Of a stretch of DNA of 64,000 bases, positions 1 to 9,977 are shown one piece after another. Source of the DNA: an uncultured Bdellovibrionales bacterium (GTDB lineage Bacteria; Patescibacteriota; Minisyncoccia; Moranbacterales; DUUL01); NCBI GenBank assembly GCA_964346295.1, contig CAYFUG010000004.1, positions 532-64,531 of the forward strand. The letters run 5' to 3'. How positions within the stretch are numbered: position 1 is the stretch's first letter; every line of letters starts with the position of its first letter. The notes beneath the pieces were generated by a model. It searched no databases. It was not told the origin of the DNA and saw only the letters and a list, made by a program, of their open reading frames with translations. The translations under genes were made by a program, and so were the position numbers.

Positions 1-2
1 CG

Positions 3-1250
3 GTGGAGCGGTCGCTTTTCGGTTTGCATTTAGCGGCTGGGACCACTTATTGGAAAATTTTTTGTCCACCGCAAATTGTGATTAATTCGGGCTCCTTAAC
101 TGATCAGCAGGCTCATTTTTGGGAGCGGCTTTACCGAGAAGGGATGGGGCAGTTTTATTTTGAAAATCAACTCGATCCTAACCAGCTAGCGCCCAAATTT
201 CCAGTGGTTGAATCGGAATTACCTTCAAATATGTCCTTTAATCCCCCTAGCCCCAATGATTCAGGCGAAATTTCAGATTTATCAGGTTATTTATTGCCTT
301 GGGGTGGAGGCAAAGACTCCATCGTGGCTTCAGAGTTGCTGAAGGAAAAGCTCTTAAATCAAAAAAAAGACCCTCAGGAGGAGATTTTACTGTTTTCGGT
401 ACGAAATTCCTTGATTCAGCAAAAAAGCGCCGAGAAGGCCCAAATTGAGCGAATAGTGGCCGATCGGAAGCTGGCCGACAATCTTCAGCAGGTGCAGAGT
501 GAAGGGGGTGGCTATGCCGGGCATGTGCCTATTACAGCCATTTATGCTTTTGTAGAGGCTCTAGTAGCGATTATTTGGGGCAAAAAAACCATTGTGATGG
601 CCAACGAAAAAAGTGCCGATGAAGAGAACTTGATCTATAAGGGTCTCAAAATTAACCATCAATATTCTAAAACTAGCCAGTTTGAGCAGGATTTTCAGAC
701 TTATTTGTCTCAGTTTGTCACTCCTAGCCTTCAATACTTCAGCATTTTGCGAGGCTATTATGAAATCAAAATAGCTCAAATTTTTGCTCAGTATCCTCAG
801 TATTTTGAGAGCTTTTCTTCTTGTAACCGTAATTTTTCTCTTAAAGACTCAGAGAAGTTAGAGAACGCTTCTCGTCTAAAAGAGAATTCAAACGAGAATT
901 TCCTAAAAGAAGGGGGAAAGCTTTGGTGTGGCAAGTGCCCTAAGTGCGGCTTTGTGTTTTTGCTTTTGGCGGCTTTTTTGCCTAAAGAAGAAGTGGTAGG
1001 CAAAATTTTTGGTCAAGACTTGCTAGATAATTCGGACCTCAAAGGTTTGTTTGAAGAAATTCTGGGCCTAGAAGGTCACAAGCCCCTGGAATGCGTGGGA
1101 ACGGTAGCAGAATCTCGTCTGGCGATGCTGAAAGTGATTGAAAAAGGAGAGTTTCAGGATAGTGTGTTGGTTTCTCAATTGGCTGAAAAGATTCTACTTC
1201 TGCAAGAGGAGATTTTGGCACAAGAGGGGGAGTTGATGGGGAATCTCTAA
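3..1250 (+). CDS. PP-loop ATP pyrophosphatase, QueC-like, with a C-terminal Cys cluster (5' partial)
   Basis: ORF open from the window edge. PP-loop-like motif LPWGGGKDS. C-terminal WCGKCPKCGF cysteine cluster resembling the QueC zinc site. Length about twice that of canonical QueC. Confidence 0.4.
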   Translation: MERSLFGLHLAAGTTYWKIFCPPQIVINSGSLTDQQAHFWERLYREGMGQFYFENQLDPNQLAPKFPVVESELPSNMSFNPPSPNDSGEISDLSGYLLPWGGGKDSIVASELLKEKLLNQKKDPQEEILLFSVRNSLIQQKSAEKAQIERIVADRKLADNLQQVQSEGGGYAGHVPITAIYAFVEALVAIIWGKKTIVMANEKSADEENLIYKGLKINHQYSKTSQFEQDFQTYLSQFVTPSLQYFSILRGYYEIKIAQIFAQYPQYFESFSSCNRNFSLKDSEKLENASRLKENSNENFLKEGGKLWCGKCPKCGFVFLLLAAFLPKEEVVGKIFGQDLLDNSDLKGLFEEILGLEGHKPLECVGTVAESRLAMLKVIEKGEFQDSVLVSQLAEKILLLQEEILAQEGELMGNL

Positions 1251-1280
1251 ATATTAAGATGCAAATTTTGTATTAAAATT

Positions 1281-1925
1281 ATGGCTAAATACCTGATAAT
1301 TAATGCCGATGACTTTGGTTATAGTAAGATTTTCAATGAAGTTATTTTAGAACTGATCAAGAAGGATTTAATTCGCTCTACAACGGTAATGGTTGACAGA
1401 ATTACAGATAATCAAAAAGGGCAGTTCGACGACTTGGTTAGTCTTTCAAGGAGCAAAAACCTAAGTATCGGCCTTCACCTGGAATTTGAAAATTTGGACT
1501 ATTCTTCGCAAATAAAATCTCAGCATCAAAAATTCAAAGATTCTCTTGGTTTTAACCCATCGCATATTGATATTCATAAAGCACACAGCTTAATAGAATC
1601 CTTTTCTGCTGTCGCAGAATTTTGTAGAAAAAATAAACTCCTCCTGAGAAATAGTGGCGTATTCCATGAAGGAATAAAAACCACCGCCTCCGAAGCATTT
1701 TTCGGTAGCATTCCTGATTTTAATGAAATTGAGGAATGGATTAGAACTCTTGAAAATGGAAAATATTACGAAATTCTATTTCATCCTGGAAGATTTGATC
1801 CTACCTGTGAATCAAGTCTTAATAAAGACAGGGAGCGAGATGTGGAGCATATCAAAAAATTGAATTCGATTCTTGATGAAAATAATATAAGGGTTATTAG
1901 CTATTTGGATTTAGCTGATGTTTAA
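1281..1925 (+). CDS. YdjC/ChbG-family carbohydrate deacetylase
   Basis: N-terminal IINADDFGYS motif characteristic of the YdjC family. 214 aa. Confidence 0.6.
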   Translation: MAKYLIINADDFGYSKIFNEVILELIKKDLIRSTTVMVDRITDNQKGQFDDLVSLSRSKNLSIGLHLEFENLDYSSQIKSQHQKFKDSLGFNPSHIDIHKAHSLIESFSAVAEFCRKNKLLLRNSGVFHEGIKTTASEAFFGSIPDFNEIEEWIRTLENGKYYEILFHPGRFDPTCESSLNKDRERDVEHIKKLNSILDENNIRVISYLDLADV

Positions 1926-1997
1926 ATAAGATTCCGGATATTTTCTTTTAAAAATGAAAATTCCGGAATGACATAATTTTTTAGATGCCATTTTTCC

Positions 1998-2732
1998 ATG
2001 CCAGTTTTCTTTTTTCAAGCTTTGGGTGCGGCCCTGGTGGCTAGCCTGGTCTCTTTGGTGGGAGTAGTGTTTTTGGGTTTGGCGCAGAAGAGACAAAAAA
2101 GATGGCTGTTTGGACTGATTAGTTTTTCGGCTGGAGCGCTTTTGGGAGGAGCTTTTCTTCATTTGTTGCCGGAAGCTCTGGAGGAGCTGGAGAGCGCCCA
2201 GGCTGTTTTTCGTTTAGCACTGGGAGGATTTGTGCTATTCTTCCTTTTGGAGCGAGTGTTGCTCTGGCATCATTGCCACGAGGATCATTGCGAAACTCAT
2301 CGGCTTTTGGGCTATCAAAATTTGGTTGGAGACGGCCTGCACAATTTTTTGGATGGCCTAGTTTTGTTAGCGGCTTTTTCGGTAAATATCGAGGTAGGTC
2401 TGGCAGCTACTTTGGCAGTGGTGCTGCACGAGATTCCTCAGGAGATTGGTGACTTTGCCGTGCTTCTGTATAGCGGCTTTTCTCGTGTTAAGGCTATTGT
2501 TTTCAATTTGATCTCCGCTTCTTTGGCAATTTTAGGGGTAATAGTAGGATTTTTCTTGTTGGATAGGATTCCTCACTTGGTAGGTTTTTTGCTTCCAATT
2601 GCCGCAGGAGGTTTTATTTATATCGCGGCGGCCGATTTAATCCCGGAATTGCATCGGGAAAAAAGCCTCCAAAAATCACTTTCGGCTTTTGGGTTGTTCT
2701 TGGTGGCGCTGGTAGTGATGGCAGTGATTTAG
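1998..2732 (+). CDS. ZIP-family divalent metal transporter (ZupT-like)
   Basis: HEIPQEIGDFAVLL ZIP signature. His-rich loop HHCHEDHCETH. Multiple hydrophobic TM segments. Confidence 0.75.
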   Translation: MPVFFFQALGAALVASLVSLVGVVFLGLAQKRQKRWLFGLISFSAGALLGGAFLHLLPEALEELESAQAVFRLALGGFVLFFLLERVLLWHHCHEDHCETHRLLGYQNLVGDGLHNFLDGLVLLAAFSVNIEVGLAATLAVVLHEIPQEIGDFAVLLYSGFSRVKAIVFNLISASLAILGVIVGFFLLDRIPHLVGFLLPIAAGGFIYIAAADLIPELHREKSLQKSLSAFGLFLVALVVMAVI

Positions 2733-2810
2733 TTTAGGTTGATAGTTTTTGAAGACCAGGTTTTCCCAGGAAATAATTTTAAAAAATTTTAAGGCAAAAT
2801 AAAATTTAAG

Positions 2811-5273
2811 ATGAATTTTAAAAGAGAACAAATACCTAGAGCCAAAGAGGCGATTCCAACTGTTTCCTTGGAAGCGAGAAATCGGAAAATAGCAGCGGCA
2901 CAGCCAGCTTTTGATAGGGAGCTTTTTCAAAGAGAATGGGAGGATCAGGGTTGGTCAGAGAAAGAGGTTCATCGGATGGCTTTAGTTAGTTTGAGTCCCC
3001 GAGCTTTGAGGGCCGCTTATAACTTAATAAGTGAGGATAATCCAAGTGATGCTGATCAATCAGTCTTGGAAGCGGAGTTGCCTGATGGACTTTCCAGAGA
3101 GTCGCTTTTAGAGATGGCCCAAAATGTCAAGTTAGAGGGGAGTTTTGGTTCTTCGGATATTTTTGCCTTTCAAGTTCCTAAACTGGTGGAAAAAAAGGAT
3201 TTGCCTCGAGAGTTGCAAAAAAGAGCGGATAAGAATGAGCTCCTAAAGTCAATGGAGAGGTTTTCCCAGGCGGACTTAAAAGAGCATGCTTATGTGGCGG
3301 ATATCGCCCTAGAAATTTATCCTGATAACGAGCGAAGACTGCGGTACACTCAGTTTTTCCTGGATAAAATAGAGACTATTAGAGGTAAATTTCCTGCGAA
3401 AGCAAGGGATAGAGAAGCTCGAGAGGCGGCGATCACTGAATTCGTGGAAGAGCAAAAAGAAGGTCTGTTTTTACGGGCTCAAGAGCAGTGGGACCCCCTT
3501 TTTTGCAATAATATAGAATCTTTAAGTAGAAAACTCAAAGGTCTGGTAAATTCTCCCGAGGGTAATCAGGAGGCTAAGAAATTTTACCGTGATCTTTTTC
3601 AGCATTACAAGACGGAAGGCGAGGAGTTAAGAAGTCTAAGAGAGCAATTAAGTTCCTGGGTGAGGCCGGACGAAAATTTTAAAGGGTTAAAAAGGCATCA
3701 ATTGTTGGGAATTAATTTTCTTCTTAAAAAAGAGCGGGCAATTTTAGCGGATGAAATGGGGCTCGGGAAAACTTTGACGGGAATTTTTGCCGCTTTGGGA
3801 GCCCAAACTAAGCGCAATGTGGTGATAGGCCCTAACTCCTTGATTTCTAATTGGCGAGAAGAGCTAAAACGAACTAATGTTCCCGAGGAAAATATTTTAG
3901 TAGTGAGGGGTAAAGAGGAGTTGGTAGCCTTAGAAGGTGGACCAGCGGGAGCTGATTCAAGCTTTCCAGTGTTTATTCTTTTTAATAATGAGAAACTAAG
4001 CGGAGATTATGCGGAGAGAATTACTCAACAAATTAATGATAACTCTCAAGATACGACTTTGATAGTGGATGAGGCTCATAACTTCAAGTCTTCTTGGGCT
4101 AATTCTAATCGAACAGAAGCTATAGCGGGATTGAAAAGTAAGAAGCTTTTCTTGTTGTCGGGGACCCCTATAGTAAACGGGGGAGAGGATTTGTATAATT
4201 ACCTGAGCTTAATAAGCTCAGAGGAATACCCCCAAGAAGCAATTTCCAAAAAAGGCTTTAAGCAAAAAATTAACACTCCCGAAGGAGCGGAGGAGGTTTA
4301 TAAAATTCTCAAAGGTTGCATGCTGAGAAGGAGAATCGCTGATTACGATCAAAGAATTAGGGAGATCAAGGAAGCGGCAGAAAAACAGGAAATAACAGTG
4401 GATTTGAAGGGTAAAATTAGAGAAGTCTATCTGAGGGTGATAAAGTCTTTTCAAGAAAAGGCCAAGACAAGCGATGTGCTCTCTCAGAAGGATTATATTC
4501 GAGCGTTACATCTTTTGAAAAAACTAGAAACCGATCCGTTTTTGGTAAGTGATCAGGCGAAGGAAAACACCATTTTCTCCTACCTAACCAGTCAGGAGCT
4601 AGAAGAAGTTTTTGAAACCACTGATCCGGAGCAAGTGGCAACAATTTTATCCCGGGAGCTTTTACCAGAAAAAATTCAAAAAACCATTGAGATGATCAGG
4701 AATCTCCCGTCTGATCAAAATGCGGTGGTTTATGTCTGCAACCCGGAAACAACCAAAAGAATGGCAGAGTTGTTAAATGAGCAAGGAGTGGTGAGTACTT
4801 TTATTTCTGGAGAAGTCAAAGATGATACCAGAAGGCAATCCAGGAGTGAGCGAATAGCAGATTTTAATGATCCTACCTCTGTTACTAGGGTCTTAGTGAT
4901 GAATCAAGTGGGAGGAGAGGGGCTTAACTTGCAATCCGCCAGTCATCTTTTTAAGCTGGATAGCCCTTGGACAGCTGCTCAAGATGCTCAAATTGACGCT
5001 CGGATTATTCGTCTGGGTCAGAAATTGGCGGTAAAAATTTATTCTTTTATTACTAAAAATCTCTCGGAATTAACCTCTTCGGACGGGAGTGGCCAACCGA
5101 TTAGAACCATTGATTCTTATGCCAGAAGAGTGGTTTTGCCCGCCAAAGAACGGCTAGCAGAATTCTTTTTAGAGGGCTTACTAACCAAGGCTGAACTAGA
5201 AGAACTGGAAGCAATGAGGGATGCTGAGAAAAGGATTATGCTTAGATTAGCAGGTGTAACAATCGCAGATTGA
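2811..5273 (+). CDS. SNF2-family DNA/RNA helicase (RapA/HepA-like)
   Basis: Motif I LADEMGLGKT, motif II IVDEAHNFK, motif III LLSGTPIVNG. C-terminal helicase domain GGEGLNLQSASHLF...Q. Confidence 0.85.
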   Translation: MNFKREQIPRAKEAIPTVSLEARNRKIAAAQPAFDRELFQREWEDQGWSEKEVHRMALVSLSPRALRAAYNLISEDNPSDADQSVLEAELPDGLSRESLLEMAQNVKLEGSFGSSDIFAFQVPKLVEKKDLPRELQKRADKNELLKSMERFSQADLKEHAYVADIALEIYPDNERRLRYTQFFLDKIETIRGKFPAKARDREAREAAITEFVEEQKEGLFLRAQEQWDPLFCNNIESLSRKLKGLVNSPEGNQEAKKFYRDLFQHYKTEGEELRSLREQLSSWVRPDENFKGLKRHQLLGINFLLKKERAILADEMGLGKTLTGIFAALGAQTKRNVVIGPNSLISNWREELKRTNVPEENILVVRGKEELVALEGGPAGADSSFPVFILFNNEKLSGDYAERITQQINDNSQDTTLIVDEAHNFKSSWANSNRTEAIAGLKSKKLFLLSGTPIVNGGEDLYNYLSLISSEEYPQEAISKKGFKQKINTPEGAEEVYKILKGCMLRRRIADYDQRIREIKEAAEKQEITVDLKGKIREVYLRVIKSFQEKAKTSDVLSQKDYIRALHLLKKLETDPFLVSDQAKENTIFSYLTSQELEEVFETTDPEQVATILSRELLPEKIQKTIEMIRNLPSDQNAVVYVCNPETTKRMAELLNEQGVVSTFISGEVKDDTRRQSRSERIADFNDPTSVTRVLVMNQVGGEGLNLQSASHLFKLDSPWTAAQDAQIDARIIRLGQKLAVKIYSFITKNLSELTSSDGSGQPIRTIDSYARRVVLPAKERLAEFFLEGLLTKAELEELEAMRDAEKRIMLRLAGVTIAD

Positions 5274-5302
5274 TCTTGCAAGAGGTCTGCTAGAAAAGCA
5301 AA

Positions 5303-5340
5303 AATGGGCGTACCCAAGAATCGGGTGCGCCCATTATTTA
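5303..5340. terminator. bidirectional rho-independent terminator
   Basis: GGGCGTACCC-loop-GGGTGCGCCC hairpin flanked by an A-run and a T-run. Lies between convergent genes. Confidence 0.55.
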
Positions 5341-5364
5341 GTGGATAAATTCCGAGCCTTTAAG

Positions 5365-5775
5365 TTAGGAAAAAATTGACTCTAAAGCTTCTTCTTTGAG
5401 CCATTCTCCTTTGAGGCCAAATTCTTCTACCAGTTTTGAGGCAGCTTCTGCTTGGTCTCCGGTAAGGCCTCGGAAAAGGATCAGGGTGCCTTCGTTTGGA
5501 TCTTCTCTAACCCGAAGAAGGGGAGGGAAAGCTTCCTTAGTCCCAAAATTAGCCCCAAAAAAGGTATCGAAAAGATTCAGATTTCTTGTCGCTAATTCTT
5601 CTGGGACTTCTCCAATGAAATTCACCGGGAAATTGAAAAGGGGCATTTCCCGGGCGGTTTTTCCCAGCCCCTCTAAAACCTCCCTTGAATCTCCCTCCTC
5701 CTTGAGGCGGAAGGCCAGGTTTAGGCCATTGGAGGAGCAGGAGCTGGGAGAGTAGCAAAGAATTTTATTTTCCAT
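5365..5775 (-). CDS. hypothetical protein (136 aa)
   Basis: AGGAGA RBS 6 nt upstream of the ATG on the minus strand. The overlapping plus-strand ORF 5396..5755 is judged spurious. Confidence 0.45.
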   Translation of the reverse strand: MENKILCYSPSSCSSNGLNLAFRLKEEGDSREVLEGLGKTAREMPLFNFPVNFIGEVPEELATRNLNLFDTFFGANFGTKEAFPPLLRVREDPNEGTLILFRGLTGDQAEAASKLVEEFGLKGEWLKEEALESIFS

Positions 5776-6085
5776 GACATTTTCTCCTTTTTTTGGTTTA
5801 TTTTTCTATTTTAACCTCTTTGAATTTCAAAAACAAATCAATAGATCAAAATCAAAGAGGGAAAATTAGAAGAGCGTCGAACAAGTCGACTAGTTTGTTT
5901 AGCAGGGAATTGGATTTTTGTAAATAGCGGGATTTATAGGGCGGCTTTGATAAGAAAAGAGGGCCGCATAGTTGCCTAATTATTAGCTTCCCAGAAGCTT
6001 TAAAGCACATCGGTTTAGGCCGGTGTTTTTTGTTGGAAAAAATAAGATAGAACATTTTCGCCCCAGTAATTTTTTAGCTAAGATC

Positions 6086-6140
6086 CTTCGACTTTTTTCT
6101 TCGCTAGAGCTACGACGGACAAGCCGCTTGGGATGACAGT
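6086..6140. repeat. dispersed repeat family, A-type module (partial copy)
   Basis: ttcttcgctagagctacgacggacaagccgcttgggatgacag is homologous to copies at 34318, 42262, 46940, 25135, 19745 and 44770. Confidence 0.5.
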
Positions 6141-6257
6141 TGAAAAATTTTTAGATTTAGAGCGAAATTTATTGAATTACAATTCCATAAATTTGAATTA
6201 ATTTATAGATTATGCTTCTATATATTATAATTAATTTATGGAGTTAATTTTAACAAA

Positions 6258-7505
6258 ATGGCTAATGATAAGGAATTCGGTAGATTTTTTAATTTAGAAA
6301 GACTTATTTCTACTGTTCCAGGTAAAATTCTGGTAATTCAGGGGCCTCGAGGAGCGGGCAAGACCCGAACTTTGAGGAAAATTGTTCGGGAATTAAGACT
6401 TGATTGTCACTGGGATTCTGGAGATAGTTTTAGATTACAGCAGCTATTCAGAGATCCGGAAGCAGCTAAGATTTTGCAGTATATCCAAAGCCGAGAGTGG
6501 TTAGTGGTAGAGGAAGCCCAGAAAATTCCCAATCTAAGAGAGGGGCTAGAAATTATAAGGAGGCATAAACTAAAACTAAAAATTATTCTGAGTAGTTCTT
6601 GGAGGCTAGATTTGGCTACTGCGCCTAAGGGCGAAGAGGAGCGGAGGACTTTTGGTCAAAATTTTTGGCAAGTAGATCAGCAGTTAGGATCAGAAGAAGA
6701 TCCTTGGGAGGAGCAAAAGACTATCATTGACTTGCTACCTCTTTCTCAGGCGGAACTTAACCAAAAATATACTCGGTTTCAACTGCGAGAATTGCTGCCT
6801 TGGTTTCTGATTTTTGGCACTTATCCTCAGGTGATAAGGGCGGCTAATAAGCCTCAAATTGAAGAATTTCTTGGGGAGTTAGTGTTTTCTCAGCTACTTC
6901 CAGAAGTGGTGATCCAGGGTAGAGTTAAGAAGCCAGAAAAACTCCTCCAGCTAAGCAAGCAAGTGGCTTTTCGGATAGGTGAGGAGCTTTCTCTTAACGA
7001 ACTTTCGGAATTGGTGGGGGTGGATGTTAAAACGATAGACCGCTACTTGGAATTGCTAGAAAAAGCCCTCATCATTAAGAAAATTTCACCTTTTAGTCGT
7101 AATTTGAAAAGAGAGATTGATTTTAAGGCTAAATATTATTTTTACGACACCGGAGTGCGCAATGCGCTAATTTCTCAATTTAATGAATTAGAAAATCGGA
7201 ATGATGGGGCGGCGTTATGGGAGAATTTTCTTGTGATGGAGAGAATTAAAATGTTTGAAATAAATCAAAAAAACGCCAGTTTTTATTTTTGGCGGACTTA
7301 CGATGGGCAGAGGGTAAATTGGATCGAGGAGACTAAAGAAAGACTGCGGGGAGGGGAATCTAAAGGTGAATTGCGAGGCTATCAATTTCAATGGAAGCAA
7401 ACTAACCGCAAGAGATCTAAAGCCCCTCAGGATTGGCTACGGACTTACCCAGTGACGAATCTTGAGATTATTAGGCCAAGTAACTATTTGGATTTTTTGA
7501 TTTAG
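6258..7505 (+). CDS. AAA+ ATPase with C-terminal DUF4143-like domain
   Basis: Walker A GPRGAGKT, Walker B-like VVEEAQ. Paralogous to 7623..8957 and 47103..48377. Confidence 0.7.
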   Translation: MANDKEFGRFFNLERLISTVPGKILVIQGPRGAGKTRTLRKIVRELRLDCHWDSGDSFRLQQLFRDPEAAKILQYIQSREWLVVEEAQKIPNLREGLEIIRRHKLKLKIILSSSWRLDLATAPKGEEERRTFGQNFWQVDQQLGSEEDPWEEQKTIIDLLPLSQAELNQKYTRFQLRELLPWFLIFGTYPQVIRAANKPQIEEFLGELVFSQLLPEVVIQGRVKKPEKLLQLSKQVAFRIGEELSLNELSELVGVDVKTIDRYLELLEKALIIKKISPFSRNLKREIDFKAKYYFYDTGVRNALISQFNELENRNDGAALWENFLVMERIKMFEINQKNASFYFWRTYDGQRVNWIEETKERLRGGESKGELRGYQFQWKQTNRKRSKAPQDWLRTYPVTNLEIIRPSNYLDFLI

Positions 7506-7523
7506 TTTCTAGCTAAAATTAGC

Positions 7524-7554
7524 TAAAAACACCCCTAAAGCAGGGTGTTTTTTG
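7524..7554 (+). terminator. rho-independent terminator
   Basis: ACACCC-ctaaagca-GGGTGT stem followed by TTTTTT. Confidence 0.65.
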
Positions 7555-7572
7555 AGCAAAGGGTTGACTTTT

Positions 7573-7632
7573 TGTAAATAAATGGTACCATGTTTAGACA
7601 TAAGATGTAAATAAATGGTACCATGTTTAGAC
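7573..7632 (+). repeat. tandem duplication (27 nt units, period 33) spanning the start codon of the next gene
   Basis: tgtaaataaatggtaccatgtttagac occurs at 7573 and again at 7606. The second copy contains the ATG of the 7623 gene. Confidence 0.8.
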
Positions 7633-8957
7633 GAAAAATCGAGAAAACTCTTTTAGAATGGAAAAATAGAGCAGAAAGGAAGCCTTTGATTTTAAGGGGT
7701 GCTCGCCAAGTAGGAAAAACTACTTTATTAGAGAGTTTTGCTCAAGAAAAATTTGCTGATTATCTGAAAATAAATTTTGATAATGGAGAAGATCTGAGGA
7801 ATTTTGAAAAAGTAGATAATTTAAAGGATTTTGAAGAAGTGGTTAAAGCCGTTTATCATAAACAGTTTAACAAAGACACTCTTGTTTTTATTGATGAAAT
7901 TCAAAATCTTCCTAATATAATCAAGCTTTTAAGGTTCTTTTGGGAAGACAGAAGAGAAATTCCAGTGGTAGCGGCGGGGTCGCTTTTGGAGGTAAAAATT
8001 AAACAAGAAGGCTTTTCTCTGCCGGTGGGAAGGGTAGAATTTGCCTATCTTTACCCCTTAAGCTTTTTTGAGTTTCTTGATGCCAGGGGAGAAGACCAAT
8101 TATTAGCCTATATTAAAGAGGCGAATTGGAAAAATCCTCTTGGTCAGACATTGCATCAAAAGTTAGAAGATTTTTTTCTGGAGTATGTTTTGTTGGGGGG
8201 TATGCCGGAGGTAGTAAAGACTTTTGTGAGGGAGGGTAGAGCAGATTTAGCAAGAATTTATCAGTCTTTGCTTCAAACTTATGCAGAAGATTTACATAAA
8301 TATTCCTCTCAATCCGAAGCTAAATACTTAAGATTTGTTTTCGATAATGCTCCTTTTTATGCTGGAAGTCTGGTTCATTATCAAAATTTTGCCCAGTCGG
8401 AATATCGCACTCGGGAGATGCAAGTAGCCTTCGAAGCCCTGCGGGATGCAATGCTCTTGGAAACCATTTTCTCTACCGGCTCTAAGCGCTTACCTTTAAC
8501 AGGTAAAAACAAGCGGCCTAAAAAGCTGCTTTTTCTAGATTCCGGGTTAGCAAGTTATAAAAGAGGTTTTGAAAGGAGTGACTTGAATTGGAACAGCTTA
8601 GATGATGCTTATAAAGGGGGAGTTTTTGAACAGACCATAGGTCAAAACCTCAAGTCTCTTTTTGCTAATGAGCAGAAAAAGCTTTTTTACTGGAGCAAAG
8701 AGAAGGCTCGGGGAGCAGCCGAGGTGGACTTCTGTTTCGAAAGTAGAGGCAAAATTGTGGGGCTGGAAGTTAAGGCGGGAGTGGCTACTCGAGCTCGTTC
8801 TTTGTTTAGTTTTGCTAGCCAAGTGGAAAATAGTGTGATTGTGAGAATTTATCCCGGACCACTTCGAAAAGAGCGAGTAAAACTAGGAGGAGATGAATTT
8901 TCTCTGGTTTCGCTCCCTTTTTACCTAATTGAAAGAGTTTTGGATTTTATAGATTAG
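7623..8957 (+). CDS. AAA+ ATPase with C-terminal DUF4143-like domain
   Basis: Walker A GARQVGKT, Walker B FIDEIQ. 444 aa. Confidence 0.7.
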   Translation: MFRRKIEKTLLEWKNRAERKPLILRGARQVGKTTLLESFAQEKFADYLKINFDNGEDLRNFEKVDNLKDFEEVVKAVYHKQFNKDTLVFIDEIQNLPNIIKLLRFFWEDRREIPVVAAGSLLEVKIKQEGFSLPVGRVEFAYLYPLSFFEFLDARGEDQLLAYIKEANWKNPLGQTLHQKLEDFFLEYVLLGGMPEVVKTFVREGRADLARIYQSLLQTYAEDLHKYSSQSEAKYLRFVFDNAPFYAGSLVHYQNFAQSEYRTREMQVAFEALRDAMLLETIFSTGSKRLPLTGKNKRPKKLLFLDSGLASYKRGFERSDLNWNSLDDAYKGGVFEQTIGQNLKSLFANEQKKLFYWSKEKARGAAEVDFCFESRGKIVGLEVKAGVATRARSLFSFASQVENSVIVRIYPGPLRKERVKLGGDEFSLVSLPFYLIERVLDFID

Positions 8958-8982
8958 AATTCTTTGCTAAAGAGTATATTTC

Positions 8983-9015
8983 AAAAACACCCCAATTATA
9001 ACGGGGTGTTTTTTG
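8983..9015 (+). terminator. rho-independent terminator
   Basis: ACACCCC-aattataac-GGGGTGT stem followed by TTTTTT. Near-identical design to the terminators at 7524 and 12748. Confidence 0.7.
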
Positions 9016-9045
9016 ATAACATTAGAAGTCAGTGGGTAATTATCC

Positions 9046-9074
9046 TTGACATTTTTTTATAAATATGCTATTAT
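9046..9074 (+). promoter_or_regulatory. sigma70-type promoter P1 of GC island 1
   Basis: TTGACA, 17-nt spacer, TGcTATTAT extended -10. Preceded by an AT-rich region. Confidence 0.55.
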
Positions 9075-9127
9075 AGACCGTCCAGCTGAAATGGGGAGCA
9101 AAAACGGGGGCGAGTAGTGACACGATA

Positions 9128-9156
9128 TTGACAAGGTTTCAAAAATATGCTACACT
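9128..9156 (+). promoter_or_regulatory. sigma70-type promoter P2 of GC island 1 (tandem with P1)
   Basis: TTGACA, 17 nt, TGcTACACT. Followed by cGTCAAGCTAAGAAAAGG, which is conserved at the other two islands. Confidence 0.6.
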
Positions 9157-9939
9157 GTATCGTCAAGCTAAGAAAAGGATTCAGGCGAGCACCTTAAAAG
9201 CACTATCATAAATTATTCTTTGAGGAGAGAGTAATCTATAAAAAGAGTTTAACAATTGGACCTTGAGGGCTAAAAAGATTTTTAAATTAGCTCCCTAGAA
9301 AGGTTGTTATTCAAATTAGATTACAAAGCGGATTTATTTCTCTCTCAAAGTTTTTTCATCGTTTTCTCATCGGCAAGAACGATGGGAACCGACAAGAGGT
9401 GGGAATGAATCCGTTTTTTATTGCTTTTGTGGCAAGCCCGATGGAGGAGAGAGTTAAAATCCAAAAGTTTCCGCGGTTACGAAGTCATAACTATTGAATC
9501 GCGAGAAAGTATTGGCCGTAGTTTTTTCTACACCTTCATCGGGCTTCTCGCAAAGTCGAGGAGCGATTCTCAGCGAAGAATCACTGAACCCAATTTAGAG
9601 CGTTTTAACAGCGCTCCTACAAAGAACCTTACAATCAGGAATTTCTAGAATTTATCTAAAAATTCCTAAAACAAATGTTTAAGCTTTGCTTTTGAAAAAC
9701 CTCCCCGCCGCTATTAACGCTTTGGCGGGGTGCTAAGCAAATCTAATTCTCACTCAGCCTTCAAGGCTGGCTCGGATTGATTTGTTGGCAGAGGAGAGAG
9801 GCTCTAGCAGAAAACTAGAGTTCCCGAGAGGAGAGAGCAAGGTCGAATCATGAACATTTCTTTTGTTTTAGCCGGTCTTTTATAAAGACGGGCGGACATC
9901 TGCCGGTAAGAAGTTTCAACGCAAATTTCTTGCTGGTGA

Positions 9940-9977
9940 TGTCTCTCAACGGAGAGACTGTTCTTTGAAAATCTTAG
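9940..9977 (+). promoter_or_regulatory. boxB-like hairpin plus boxA-like antiterminator motif in leader
   Basis: GTCTCTcaacgGAGAGAC hairpin immediately followed by gttctttgaaaatcttag. Resembles rrn boxA (GCTCTTTAACAA / gram-positive TTCTTTGAAAACT). Confidence 0.5.

Noticed and set aside
5396-5755. Plus-strand ORF opposite the 5365..5775 minus-strand gene
   Set aside because: Its translation is Arg/Ser/Pro-rich and lacks an RBS. The minus-strand ORF has an AGGAGA RBS and adjacent terminator logic.
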